Part shown: positions 1 to 10,025 of the stretch, one piece after another | Layout: every line of letters begins with the position of its first letter | Position numbering within the stretch: the stretch's first letter is position 1 | Assembly: GCA_030141605.1 (NCBI GenBank) | Contig: JAQGDQ010000347.1 | Span: 66,617 to 130,616, forward strand | Length of the DNA stretch: 64,000 bases | Source: Tubiluchus corallicola | Taxonomy: Eukaryota; Animalia; Priapulida | Direction: 5' to 3' | Translations under genes and position numbers: made by a program | The notes under the pieces: generated by a model | Told to the model about the DNA's origin: nothing | What the model saw: only the letters and a program-made list of their open reading frames with translations | The model's database searches: none

Positions 1-25
1 TTCGGGTTGGCAAGCACACTATTGC

Positions 26-2944
26 TTAAAGAGACTTGGAAACCTCCACTTCCTTAAAGGCTTCAATAAAATCTCCCACTTTTATGTCGTTATAAGAAGC
101 TATATTTAGGCCACACTCATACCCGTGTGTTACCTCTTTGGTATCCTCTTTAAAGCGTTTCAGAGACTCCAGTTCACCAGTGTAAATCACAATACCCTCA
201 CGTATCAACCTGACTTTCGAGTTCCTGTTTATCTTTCCATCCCTCACAATACACCCGGCAATTGTTCCTACCTTTGTTATCTTAAATGTTTCCAGTATTT
301 CAGCTGTCCCAGAAATCTCCTCTTTAATCTCAGGGGTTAGCATACCCTCCATTGCCGACTTTAACTCATTAATTGCATCATATATAATAGAATAAAGACG
401 GATGTCTATTTGCTCTTTTTCTGCCAGTTTGCGTGCACCTATAGAGGGGCGTACCTGAAATCCTATGATTATTGCATTGGAAGCAGTAGCGAGCATAACA
501 TCCGACTCGGTGATTTGCCCTACTGCTTTGTGCTGTACATTAATCTGTATCTCTTCAGTAGATAACTTTATCAATGAATCAGAAAGAGCTTCAATAGAAC
601 CATCAACATCACCTTTAACAATTACATTTAGCTCCTGGAAAGTCCCTATTGCAATTCTTCTCCCTATTTCATCAAGTGTAATATGCTTTTGAGTTCGAAG
701 CCCCTGCTCTCGCTGTAACTGCTCACGCTTATTTGATATCTGCCGAGCCTCCTTTTCACTCTCCATAACATTGAACTTATCTCCTGCCTGGGGAGCACCA
801 TTTAGTCCAAGTATAAGAGCCGGTTCCGAGGGCCCCACCTGTTTGATAGCCTGATCCCGCTCATTAAACATCGCCTTTACATGCCCAAAATACTGCCCAG
901 CCAATACAACGTCCCCAATCTTTAACGTACCTGCCTCGAGAAGTATTGTCGTTACATATCCACGCCCTTTATCAAGAGATGACTCTATAATTGTCCCAAC
1001 TGCCCGCTTATTTGGATTAGCTTTTAATTCAAGCATTTCAGCCTCAAGCAGGACTTTCTCCAAAAGCTCATTTACTCCTAGCCCTGTCTTAGCAGAAATA
1101 TCATGAGACTGATATTTGCCACCCCACTCCTCTATCATATAATTTAGTTTCGCAAGCTCCTCTTTTATCTTATCAGGATTGGCAGAAGGCTTATCCACTT
1201 TATTTATTGCAAACACAATAGGAACACCAGCTGCTGATGCATGATTTATTGCTTCTATAGTCTGAGGCATGACATTATCATCAGCAGCTACAATAATAAT
1301 TACAATATCTGTAGCTTGTGCTCCTCTGGCACGCATTGCCGTAAAAGCCTCGTGTCCTGGTGTATCTAAAAATGTTATCTTTCGCCCACTCTCTAACTTC
1401 ACATTGTATGCACCAATATGCTGTGTAATACCTCCTGCCTCTCCTGCTATAACATTAGCCTTTCGGATATAGTCAAGAAGAGAAGTTTTCCCATGGTCAA
1501 CATGACCCATAACAGTAATTATTGGGGAGCGGTCCTGCAAATCTTTCTCATCATCAACCTCCTCCTGTATTGCTTCTTGAACCTCAACAGAAATAAACTC
1601 TACAGAGTAGCCAAACTCGCTAGCAACAAGAGACATTGTCTCCGCATCAAGTCGCTGATTTATTGAGACAAATAGGCCAAGTGTCATGCAGGTAGCAATA
1701 ACCTGCGTAGGCTGAATATTCATCATTGAGGCAAACTCGCTAACCGAAACGAACTCGGTGACTTTAAGTACATTTTTTTCCCCCTGAACACGTGCATGCT
1801 CCTCTGCTTGCTTCTCACTTATTGCTTGCCTCTTCTCACGACGATGCTTAGCTGCACCCTTTGTCTTTTGTCCCTTTGAAGTAAGACGCGCAAGGGTCTC
1901 TTTTATTTGCTTTTGAACATCCTCCTCACTAACCTCTTTCCTGAATTGACTCTTTTTTCTCGACTTCTTCCTGCCTGAGTGTTCTCCTTTTGATTTTGAA
2001 TCAGCACTTTTACCAGCTACAGACACCTTCTCCTGTCTATCCTTCTGTATCCGTTTTCTCTTTCTTTTTCTTTTTTGCTCAGCACTAGCACTTTCACCCT
2101 TACCTTTACCTTTACCCTCATCCTTAGTCGAAAGGTCAATCTTTCCAACAACTGTAGGGCCGTTTAGCTTTTCTCTCTGGAGCTTAAAAACCTCATCCTC
2201 TTTCTGCTTAGGTGGCTCTTTTGTAGAAGTACTCTTTTCTGCCTTTGGGCTCTCAGCAGGCTCTGTCTCCTTTTTGGGAGCTTTCTCTTTAGGCTCCTCT
2301 TTTTTAACCGGTGGGTCAAGATTTACTTTCCCCACAATCCTAACACCCTGCTTCTTAGGAATATTAGACTTCTTCTCTTTGACACCAACATCCTCCTCAC
2401 TTTTCACAGCCTCTCCCTTAACTCCCTTTTTGCCTTCAACAGCCTCTTCGCCTGCCAAAACAGCCTTATCTGTCGGCTCCGCCTCTTTCGTAGCAGGTCG
2501 TTTTTTAGGCTTTTCTGCCTTGCCTTTCTCACTCCTATCTTCCTTAGGAGGAACCTCCTGAGCTGACACCTCCACCTCCTCTTTCGCTTTATCTTTCTCT
2601 TTCTCTTTCGCTTTCTCCTTATCTTTCTCCTTATCTTTATCTTGCTCTTTCTTTGCTTTTGGGATGGTAACATCTACTTCATCAGACACAGCACTGTCCG
2701 CAGAAGCAGATTCATTTTGAGACTGATGAAGACGTAAATTTACACGATCCGCCTCAATGCGGGCTTCATGATCTTTTTTAAACTGCTGCTCAAGTAGATC
2801 ACAGGTCGCTTCATCTATCTTGGTATTTGGACTTGAAGGTATAGTAATATTCTGTTTTTGCAGATACTCTACTAGTGTAGAAATACCTACATTTAGCTCT
2901 CGTGCAACTTTACTTAATCTTGTACCTTTTTTCCCCGTAGCCAT
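26..2944 (-). CDS. infB: Translation initiation factor IF-2
   Basis: 972 aa; GTPase motifs [16 protein letters not shown] and NKVD; long charged N-terminus; downstream of nusA. Confidence 0.98.
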   Translation of the reverse strand: MATGKKGTRLSKVARELNVGISTLVEYLQKQNITIPSSPNTKIDEATCDLLEQQFKKDHEARIEADRVNLRLHQSQNESASADSAVSDEVDVTIPKAKKEQDKDKEKDKEKAKEKEKDKAKEEVEVSAQEVPPKEDRSEKGKAEKPKKRPATKEAEPTDKAVLAGEEAVEGKKGVKGEAVKSEEDVGVKEKKSNIPKKQGVRIVGKVNLDPPVKKEEPKEKAPKKETEPAESPKAEKSTSTKEPPKQKEDEVFKLQREKLNGPTVVGKIDLSTKDEGKGKGKGESASAEQKRKRKRKRIQKDRQEKVSVAGKSADSKSKGEHSGRKKSRKKSQFRKEVSEEDVQKQIKETLARLTSKGQKTKGAAKHRREKRQAISEKQAEEHARVQGEKNVLKVTEFVSVSEFASMMNIQPTQVIATCMTLGLFVSINQRLDAETMSLVASEFGYSVEFISVEVQEAIQEEVDDEKDLQDRSPIITVMGHVDHGKTSLLDYIRKANVIAGEAGGITQHIGAYNVKLESGRKITFLDTPGHEAFTAMRARGAQATDIVIIIVAADDNVMPQTIEAINHASAAGVPIVFAINKVDKPSANPDKIKEELAKLNYMIEEWGGKYQSHDISAKTGLGVNELLEKVLLEAEMLELKANPNKRAVGTIIESSLDKGRGYVTTILLEAGTLKIGDVVLAGQYFGHVKAMFNERDQAIKQVGPSEPALILGLNGAPQAGDKFNVMESEKEARQISNKREQLQREQGLRTQKHITLDEIGRRIAIGTFQELNVIVKGDVDGSIEALSDSLIKLSTEEIQINVQHKAVGQITESDVMLATASNAIIIGFQVRPSIGARKLAEKEQIDIRLYSIIYDAINELKSAMEGMLTPEIKEEISGTAEILETFKITKVGTIAGCIVRDGKINRNSKVRLIREGIVIYTGELESLKRFKEDTKEVTHGYECGLNIASYNDIKVGDFIEAFKEVEVSKSL

Positions 2945-3019
2945 ACTCTTCCGAAACGTTTAAATGCAATAGCCCTCTCTTACAGCACTTTCAACACCAA
3001 AAGCACCGACAAACATGAA

Positions 3020-4258
3020 TTACTCAAATTCTGTTTTAAATATCTTAATAACATTATCAATAGTCTCCTCTTCAAGGTCTGTTCGCTTAATCAAGTCATC
3101 ACGGGGAATACTAAGAACATTCTTAGCTGTATCACACCCTATAGACCTTAGAGCATCAAGCACCCATCCTTCAATTTCATCAGAAAACTCCTGAAGATTT
3201 ACATCTTCATCCTCCTCCTCACCACGCTCACGATAAACATCAATTTCATAACCCGTAAGCTGGCTGGCAAGCTTAACATTCAGCCCACCCTTACCTATTG
3301 CTAGCGAAACTTCATTAGGCTTCAGATATACATCGGCATGCTTTGTCTCCTCGTTAATCTTTATGGCAGATACCTTTGCCGGGTTCAATGACCTTTGTAT
3401 ATATAACTGCAAATTGCTTGTAAAACTTATCACATCTATATTCTCATTGCGTAACTCCCGCACAATACCATGGATTCTTGACCCTTTCATTCCAACGCAT
3501 GCTCCAACCGGATCTACACGTTCATCATACGACTCTACAGCAACTTTAGCACGCTCCCCCGGCATACGTACTATCTTTTTTATTGTGATAAGCCCATCAT
3601 ATATCTCCGGCACTTCAAGCTCGAAAAGCCTTTCCAAAAATACAGGAGAGATACGAGACAAAACAATGTGAGGGTTATTATTTACCATCTCAACTTTTAA
3701 AACAACTGCGCGAAGAGGATCCCCTTTCCTGAAATAATCAGACGGAATTTGCTCTGTCTTAGGAAGCAATAACTCATTTCCCTCATCATCAAGAACAAGT
3801 GTCTCCTTTTTCCATGTTTGATACACCTCTCCTGTGACAATGCTTCCAATCTTATCTCTGTAGGTATTGTAAACACTGTCCTTTTCCAACTCCAGTATCC
3901 TGGAAGCAAGGCTCTGCCTCAAATTAAGTATTGTCCGCCGTCCAAAATCAATCAACTTAACCTCATCTGAAACATCTTCTCCAACCTCATAATCACTATC
4001 AATTTTCTTCGCTTCCGTTAGGGAAATCTGAAGGTTTTCATCTGTAATATCCTTATCCTCCACCACTTCCCTGTTTCTCCAGATCTCAAAATCACCCTTG
4101 TCAGGATTGATGATAACATCAAAATTCTCATCAGTCCCATACTGTTTTTGCAACACACTACGAAACACATCCTCCAAAACACTCATCATTGTAGCACGAT
4201 CAATACTCTTAAGCTCTTTAAATTCCGAAAATGTATCAATTAAATTAAGGTTGTCCAT
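3020..4258 (-). CDS. nusA: Transcription termination/antitermination factor NusA
   Basis: 412 aa; S1 and KH motifs (DPVGACVGMKGSRI, SLAIGKGGLNVKLAS); operon context. Confidence 0.97.
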   Translation of the reverse strand: MDNLNLIDTFSEFKELKSIDRATMMSVLEDVFRSVLQKQYGTDENFDVIINPDKGDFEIWRNREVVEDKDITDENLQISLTEAKKIDSDYEVGEDVSDEVKLIDFGRRTILNLRQSLASRILELEKDSVYNTYRDKIGSIVTGEVYQTWKKETLVLDDEGNELLLPKTEQIPSDYFRKGDPLRAVVLKVEMVNNNPHIVLSRISPVFLERLFELEVPEIYDGLITIKKIVRMPGERAKVAVESYDERVDPVGACVGMKGSRIHGIVRELRNENIDVISFTSNLQLYIQRSLNPAKVSAIKINEETKHADVYLKPNEVSLAIGKGGLNVKLASQLTGYEIDVYRERGEEEDEDVNLQEFSDEIEGWVLDALRSIGCDTAKNVLSIPRDDLIKRTDLEEETIDNVIKIFKTEFE

Positions 4259-4272
4259 CTCTGTTCATGTCT

Positions 4273-4737
4273 TTATTTAAAAGAAATAACACACTTGGCC
4301 GTTTTAATTTGGCTGAAAGCAAATGCACACAGATGTGTGGCAGTAACAGGCTTCTGCTTCCTTTTGGATCCCTCCTTTTTCGTTACTTCCAACTCAATGC
4401 CTGAACTCTCTACTTTCCTTAGTAACCCAGTATGTTTCTCTCCATCTGTTGTTACAACTTCAATATTATGGCCTGTATTCTTAGCATATTGCCTCACAAC
4501 CTTAAAGGGCTGAGTTAACCCCGGAGACGAAACCTCCAGGTCAAAATCTTCACTCTCACGATCAAGGTTGTGCTCTATATGTCTACTTACTTCTACGCAT
4601 TTATCAACACTTAGCCCTAAATCACTATCAATAAGTACAGATATGGAATTGTTTGCTGAAATATTCAATTCAACAATAAACATTTTCTCTGTTAGCATTT
4701 CAGTAACTAACTCCTTTACTCTGTCAACACTAATCAT
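4273..4737 (-). CDS. rimP: Ribosome maturation factor RimP (ATG 4737 preferred over TTG 4749)
   Basis: LEVSSPG motif; first gene of rimP-nusA-infB. Confidence 0.93.
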   Translation of the reverse strand: MISVDRVKELVTEMLTEKMFIVELNISANNSISVLIDSDLGLSVDKCVEVSRHIEHNLDRESEDFDLEVSSPGLTQPFKVVRQYAKNTGHNIEVVTTDGEKHTGLLRKVESSGIELEVTKKEGSKRKQKPVTATHLCAFAFSQIKTAKCVISFK

Positions 4738-4757
4738 TTTACGACTCAAATAAAAAT

Positions 4758-4782
4758 AATAGGGGACACTCCGTCCCCTATT
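4758..4782 (-). promoter_or_regulatory. Leader hairpin/attenuator upstream of rimP
   Basis: Perfect 10-bp stem AATAGGGGAC/GTCCCCTATT with 5-nt loop, followed on the minus strand by ATTTTTATTT; TACCTTCG (-7-like) just upstream at 4814-4821. Confidence 0.65.
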
Positions 4783-4967
4783 TCCCTTAACTTTCCCAGC
4801 TACTATCTCGCAGCGAAGGTAACATATTATTGCTAATTCTCAAAATCTATGACATATAATGAGATAGACTTACAAGAGTGGCTCCAAATATAATAAGTTA
4901 CAAACAACAGCATGAAGGATAAATAATACTTGAGCTTTGTAAAAATATCAAGTAGTATCAGGTAAAA

Positions 4968-5687
4968 TTAAAATGTTCCGTAAAGCCCATACTCATCTGT
5001 GTTACAAAACACTTGAGTATAAATAAAAAACCCATCTCTACTCGTCTCCATCCTGCGGTCAAGACGTAAAATAGGATGCTCGGGCTTCACCTTAAAATAC
5101 TCTTGCAGCTTATCATCTGCCGTAATGGCCATAAGCCTTTGCTCTCCCCCTATAACTTCAACCTGATAAGAAGCTCTCATTATCTCAAACAAGGATCTGT
5201 TTTCAAAACTTAGATCAGTAAAGTGGGGCAGATCAATATTAGGTAGCATTGTAATATCATAAAAAACAGGATACTTATTGACAATGCGCAAACGCTCAAA
5301 TCGAAAACAACCCACTTCCCTTTCATTCTCTTGCAACGGAAAGCCAAAAGCATTATCCCAGGTAGTAAAATAGGGCTTTATAATGATTTTTGTTTGCAAA
5401 TTATCCTGCCCAACAGCAGAGGTTGTCCCTGCTAAAGATAAAATACCAACTCCTTGTGGCTGACCCAGCACAATGCTTCCTTTTCCTTGTCTCTTTTTTA
5501 TATAACCTTCATGTACCAGCCGGTCCAGAGCTTTCCTGACTGTAGGACGTGTTACTTGATGCTTCACACACAAATCATTCTCTGAAGGTAAAATATCCCC
5601 CTTTGCATAAACTCCGCTTGCAATGTGCTTCCTAAGCATTTCATAAAGCATTTTGTATTGTGGAAGTCCTTTTTTCAATACCATCAC
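4968..5687 (-). CDS. GntR-family (HutC/UTRA-type) transcriptional regulator
   Basis: wHTH LPSENDL...VTRPTVRKAL...QGKGSIV plus UTRA-like C-terminal domain. Confidence 0.9.
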   Translation of the reverse strand: MMVLKKGLPQYKMLYEMLRKHIASGVYAKGDILPSENDLCVKHQVTRPTVRKALDRLVHEGYIKKRQGKGSIVLGQPQGVGILSLAGTTSAVGQDNLQTKIIIKPYFTTWDNAFGFPLQENEREVGCFRFERLRIVNKYPVFYDITMLPNIDLPHFTDLSFENRSLFEIMRASYQVEVIGGEQRLMAITADDKLQEYFKVKPEHPILRLDRRMETSRDGFFIYTQVFCNTDEYGLYGTF

Positions 5688-5736
5688 TCTACTTTTTTAT
5701 AAAAATAAGTAAATGAGAAATATGCTTATAAAAAAT

Positions 5737-5835
5737 GAGCCCTTTGCAAAAACACAAAAAATATAATACTTATAGCTCAGATTGAAGAAAAATCCGATGA
5801 AAAACCACAGCTTACTGATGCAAACAAGGATTTAA
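5737..5835 (+). repeat. MITE-like dispersed repeat family A, partial copy
   Basis: GAGCCCTTTGCAAAA left end and core CGATGAAAAACCACAGCTTACTGATGCAAACAAGGA. Confidence 0.7.
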
Positions 5836-5862
5836 AAAATATGCCATTTATGTTGTGAAAAG

Positions 5863-6885
5863 CTAAATGCATGGCTTAAACCTGTAAACCCTATATAACT
5901 CCCTATCTTTTTCTGGTATATGTATCTGAGATGTAGTGAAGTACAAAAACCCTTCGCTATCCTCCGCAAAACTATCAGCCCAGCGAATCTTAGAAGAAGA
6001 AACTACTTTATGAGTTGTTCCGTTTTTAAGCAAGTTAATAGAATTTGTTTCCAGCCCTCCTAAAATAATATCCCCATTTTGCGTGGTAAACATACCGTCT
6101 GTTGCACCCACCTTACCTACCACTTCCACAAAATCATCTATAGCCTCTGTATTATTAAGACATAAAACCTTTGCAGGTACTCTGTATAATGTGTGACCGG
6201 TAAGAGGAATATAATACAGATAATCTTTATCTTTACTAAGAGTAATACCATCGGAGTGAACTTCATTCTCCCACACAATACCACCTATCACTAGCCTGTC
6301 TGTTTCAGCTTTTACACTGTGGTTACTCTCTAAAAAACGCCTAGCTTTTCCCGTTTGTAAATCCAGCACTACTATTCCCCCCACTCCAGAATCGGTAATG
6401 TAGGCCAACTGTCTTTCCTCATCAATTCTGACATCGTTGAAATACGAATCCTTGTAAAACACTGAAGACTCAAACACATATCTTCTAACTATTGTATCGG
6501 TTGCTAATGAAGCCTTATACAATATGGGCGCACCTATCACTCCTCTAAACATGGGATTGGAAGTCTCTAGTATCCAAAGATTGTCCTCCTCATCTACAAA
6601 CACGCTTTGCACACAAACAAAGTGTTGCAAATGCTCATTGCCCATATTCCAAACAGCATTGGGAAAAGGTATTATCTCTCCACTTTCTTTTATCTCTGCT
6701 ACAGAAATAGTATGTTTTTCTGACCATTGAGGAAAATTTACAAAAATCCTATTCTGCTTTTTTGAAATAGCAACTCCTGTCCACTGATTGACAGAACTTG
6801 CTACCAACTGTAAACTTTGGTTGTTTGCACACCCTGTTACTACTAAATATAAAAAAGATATGAAAAGAGTGTTTTTTATACTCAT
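5863..6885 (-). CDS. Major royal jelly protein/yellow-like beta-propeller lipoprotein
   Basis: Lipobox VTGC; motifs VQSVFVDEEDNLWILE, YFNDVRID, AYITDSG, SDGITLS, WADS. Confidence 0.8.
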   Translation of the reverse strand: MSIKNTLFISFLYLVVTGCANNQSLQLVASSVNQWTGVAISKKQNRIFVNFPQWSEKHTISVAEIKESGEIIPFPNAVWNMGNEHLQHFVCVQSVFVDEEDNLWILETSNPMFRGVIGAPILYKASLATDTIVRRYVFESSVFYKDSYFNDVRIDEERQLAYITDSGVGGIVVLDLQTGKARRFLESNHSVKAETDRLVIGGIVWENEVHSDGITLSKDKDYLYYIPLTGHTLYRVPAKVLCLNNTEAIDDFVEVVGKVGATDGMFTTQNGDIILGGLETNSINLLKNGTTHKVVSSSKIRWADSFAEDSEGFLYFTTSQIHIPEKDRELYRVYRFKPCI

Positions 6886-6965
6886 ACTTAAAACTTATGT
6901 AATAAAAACCTTTTAACAACACCCCACTACTCCAAAAAATCAGTGGCTGTATTACTTTTGGATAG

Positions 6966-6973
6966 CAAATATA
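6966..6973 (-). promoter_or_regulatory. Bacteroidota housekeeping-sigma -7 element TATATTTG
   Basis: Exact TAnnTTTG match about 80 bp upstream of the MRJP-like gene. Confidence 0.55.
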
Positions 6974-6980
6974 GCTAAAA

Positions 6981-7118
6981 GAGTCCTTTTGCGTAGCAAA
7001 AGCTTTAGCTTATACAGAGATAGACTCGAAGAAAAACCTCAATTTGCTGATGTAAATGAGAACCTTAATGAGTATTTTACAAAAATATTAATAAAAAGAT
7101 AAGCTTTGCAACAGTCTC
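6981..7118 (+). repeat. MITE-like repeat family A, full copy
   Basis: Ends GAGTCCTTTTGC...TTTGCAACAGTCTC; core GAAAAACCTCAATTTGCTGATGTAAATGAG; AAAAATATTAATAAAAAGAT block. Confidence 0.8.
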
Positions 7119-7136
7119 CTCCTTTTATAAAAATAC

Positions 7137-9113
7137 TTACTCTATCTCTAAAACTAGAGACGATCTACCTGAAATTTTCAACTTATCTTTTAGCTGTATA
7201 AATTCGCCTGTCATAATGTCCTTTGACATTGAAGCCCCACACAACACCTCCTCAAACCGCTTTAACTCTAATGTTCGCGCTTCCATGCTTCTATTTAGCA
7301 CAACCATCACTCTCTCCTTATCGTCATACCTAAAATATACATATAAACCATCCCGTGGAGTAAAATGCATCATCTTGCCGTAATGGATAACACCCGCTTG
7401 CTTACGCCAGTTTACCATTCTCCTTACAAACTCTTGTGCCTCTTTTTGCCTGAAAGTCAAACCTTTACCTGTAAAGGCATTCACCTTATCTCCTTTCCAG
7501 CCACCAGGGAAATCACTACGAATAACTCCGTGCTCTGCCCTTTCCGTATTAGTCATCAAAACCTCTGTACCGTAATAAATCTGAGGAATGCCCCTTGTAG
7601 TTAGTATATAGGTTATTCCCAGCTTAAACATATTAAAATCCTCGCCTACCTGGGTATAAAACCTGCTCATATCATGATTGTCAGAAAAAACTACCATGTT
7701 ATAAGGATTAGGATACAAAAAATCATTAGCTAACGCCTCATAAAGCTTAATCCAGTCATGCTGCCACTTCTCTTTCTCCCCATCTAAGCTTTTTTTCAGT
7801 GCAGACTGCAGTGGGAAATCCATCAGGCAAGGGAGACAGGATCTATACCCATTAGAATTGACTTTCCCCTTTTGCCAATAAGATACAATAGCAGGATTAT
7901 CTGTCCACTCTTCACCTACAATATTAAAATTAGGATACTCCTCCATCACTTCACACGTCCAGTCTCTCATAAAATCCATGTCTGGGTATGGATAAGTATC
8001 CACTCTCATACCTGCCAGGCCCAGATACTCAATCCACCAAATACTATTTTGTATAAGATACTTCGCCATAAACGGATTTCTTTGATTAAGATCGGGCATC
8101 GTTTTAACAAACCAGCCGTCAGTAAACATCTTATGATCTATTTTAGAAGCATAAGGATCTTGCAACACAGTCCTCTGATGATTAGTTCGTTGATACTCAT
8201 CCTGAAAATTTAACCAATCTGACATAGGAAGATCTTTCATCCACCAATGCCCTGAACCACAATGATTTAATATCACATCCATTATCAACTTAAGCCCTTG
8301 CTCTTTGGCTGTCTTGCTAAGCTGCCTGTACTCCTCATTAGAACCATACCTCTCATCCACTCTATAGAAATCGGTAGTAGAATAGCCGTGATAAGAATAT
8401 TGAGGCTGATTATTCTCAAGCACAGGGTTGAGCCATATAGCAGTAAAACCCATATCTTTAATATAACCCAAATGGTCTGATATACCACGAATATCTCCCC
8501 CATGGCGCCCATTTATATCATCTCTGTTTAGCCTATCTGGCATACCCTCCACATTATCGTTATTAACATTACCGTTAGCAAAACGGTCAGGCGTGATAAG
8601 GTAGATAGCATCTGCATTGTCAAACCCTTCTATTGCCGCCCCCTCTTGCTCCCTTTGCAAAAGCTGATAGGTATATGACTTTACTACCTCACTGCCTTCC
8701 CTAAAGCTTATATCAAAACTCCCTGCTTTGGTATTACTCGCAATAGTAAGGTTAACAAAAAGATAATTAGAATTTTGAACTCTTGTAGCCTGCTTCACAA
8801 CTACTCCTTCATAATGAATCTCCGGCTGAAGTTTTGCGATGTTTTCGCCATATACAAGCAACTGCAACTCACTATTATTCATCTCCACCCACCAAAAGGG
8901 AGGCTCTACCCTGAGCTGTTGCGCTTCAGCAATAGTGTACGACACTAATAGTAACGCTAAAAATGACACCCTTACAGGGCCTTTACAAGGCGAAATAATC
9001 TGACTCAAGCTGAGGAAAGATTCGGTAACAAACCGCAACTTACTAACGTAAAGGAAGACTTTGACAAAAACATTAGCATAAAGGTAAATCTTGCAAAAAT
9101 CTCTTATTTTCAT
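7137..9113 (-). CDS. GH13 neopullulanase/cyclomaltodextrinase (SusA-like) with a 44-codon repeat insertion after codon 3
   Basis: RVEPPFWW N-domain; YLITPDRFANG, YHGY, DVILNH, GMRVDT, IVGEEW and DNHD GH13 motifs. Confidence 0.92.
   Translation of the reverse strand: MKIRDFCKIYLYANVFVKVFLYVSKLRFVTESFLSLSQIISPCKGPVRVSFLALLLVSYTIAEAQQLRVEPPFWWVEMNNSELQLLVYGENIAKLQPEIHYEGVVVKQATRVQNSNYLFVNLTIASNTKAGSFDISFREGSEVVKSYTYQLLQREQEGAAIEGFDNADAIYLITPDRFANGNVNNDNVEGMPDRLNRDDINGRHGGDIRGISDHLGYIKDMGFTAIWLNPVLENNQPQYSYHGYSTTDFYRVDERYGSNEEYRQLSKTAKEQGLKLIMDVILNHCGSGHWWMKDLPMSDWLNFQDEYQRTNHQRTVLQDPYASKIDHKMFTDGWFVKTMPDLNQRNPFMAKYLIQNSIWWIEYLGLAGMRVDTYPYPDMDFMRDWTCEVMEEYPNFNIVGEEWTDNPAIVSYWQKGKVNSNGYRSCLPCLMDFPLQSALKKSLDGEKEKWQHDWIKLYEALANDFLYPNPYNMVVFSDNHDMSRFYTQVGEDFNMFKLGITYILTTRGIPQIYYGTEVLMTNTERAEHGVIRSDFPGGWKGDKVNAFTGKGLTFRQKEAQEFVRRMVNWRKQAGVIHYGKMMHFTPRDGLYVYFRYDDKERVMVVLNRSMEARTLELKRFEEVLCGASMSKDIMTGEFIQLKDKLKISGRSSLVLEIE
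8976..9103 (+). repeat. MITE-like repeat family A inside the 5' end of the GH13 gene
   Basis: Ends AGGGCCTTTACAA...TTGCAAAAATCTC; core AAACCGCAACTTACTAACGTAAAGGAAGACTTTGACAAAAACATTA; flanks TTAC/TTAT. Confidence 0.85.
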
Positions 9114-9220
9114 TTTATAAATGAACCCTTATTAGACTGTTAAAATGACGATACATAGCAGAAATAAGGGTGATCCCCCCTACCTCTACGATGAAAACTT
9201 TAACCTCTGTTTTTACCCCC

Positions 9221-10003
9221 TTATAACTCTATTTTATAAGTAGCCGGATCATGTCTAAGATCCAGGGTAATAGTATATGTACCCGCAGTAGTTAATGGAA
9301 TAACCGGAGGGTCATCATCATCCTCTGTGGCTCTATACTGCAGCTGACCATATGCACCACCATATCCATACTGTGGCTGCCATTCACCATCAAAACGGAA
9401 CTTAAAGGAACCCTCTTGGGCGGTAACATCTCCCTTTACCCACAGGCCTGCTTCTACCTCTTTCATAATTATTACATCATCATCGGCCCAACCATTGAAG
9501 GCATCTCCAATCAACTCCCACGAGGGTGGTATATCAGAATAAGGTGCTGTAGTAAAAATAATAGAATTAGTTGAGTACATCGTATCTGCTAGTACTTCTT
9601 GAACTACCATTAACTTTAATTCAATGTCAACACTCTCACCCTCTGCTACCCCCAAGCCGTTGAAAATCCCATTATTCAAATCTTTAGTCACCATATAAAA
9701 CTTCGTCCCACTTGTCTCTCCTATCGAGGTAGTGGTAGAAAAGTCTCCCCCCTTCCTGTCTATAATAACATAATACGTGGTTGCAATAGAAAGCCCATAA
9801 TCAACAGCATCCCAGAATACACTATCTACTATCTCATCAGCAGCACCCTCCGATAAAGTGTAGGTCTCACCACTCTCAGGCGCTGTTATAATAGGAGACG
9901 TATAGGTATCACTGCCTCCTATTATTGTTTTATTATCCTTCTCACAAGAAAAAATAATGCCTGCGATTAAAATTGTTGTTAAAAATATATGTATCTGTTT
10001 CAT
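9221..10003 (-). CDS. SusE/SusF-like surface glycan-binding lipoprotein
   Basis: Lipobox IFSC; SusE-type N-domain (W..VDYG) and C-terminal CBM-like LIGDAFNGW...FKFR...W; follows SusD. Confidence 0.8.
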   Translation of the reverse strand: MKQIHIFLTTILIAGIIFSCEKDNKTIIGGSDTYTSPIITAPESGETYTLSEGAADEIVDSVFWDAVDYGLSIATTYYVIIDRKGGDFSTTTSIGETSGTKFYMVTKDLNNGIFNGLGVAEGESVDIELKLMVVQEVLADTMYSTNSIIFTTAPYSDIPPSWELIGDAFNGWADDDVIIMKEVEAGLWVKGDVTAQEGSFKFRFDGEWQPQYGYGGAYGQLQYRATEDDDDPPVIPLTTAGTYTITLDLRHDPATYKIEL

Positions 10004-10025
10004 AAAAAGCACTTTAATTTCAACA

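Noticed and set aside
2580-2660. Short tandem repeats in infB
   Set aside because: Ordinary K/E/D low-complexity linker of the IF-2 N-terminus
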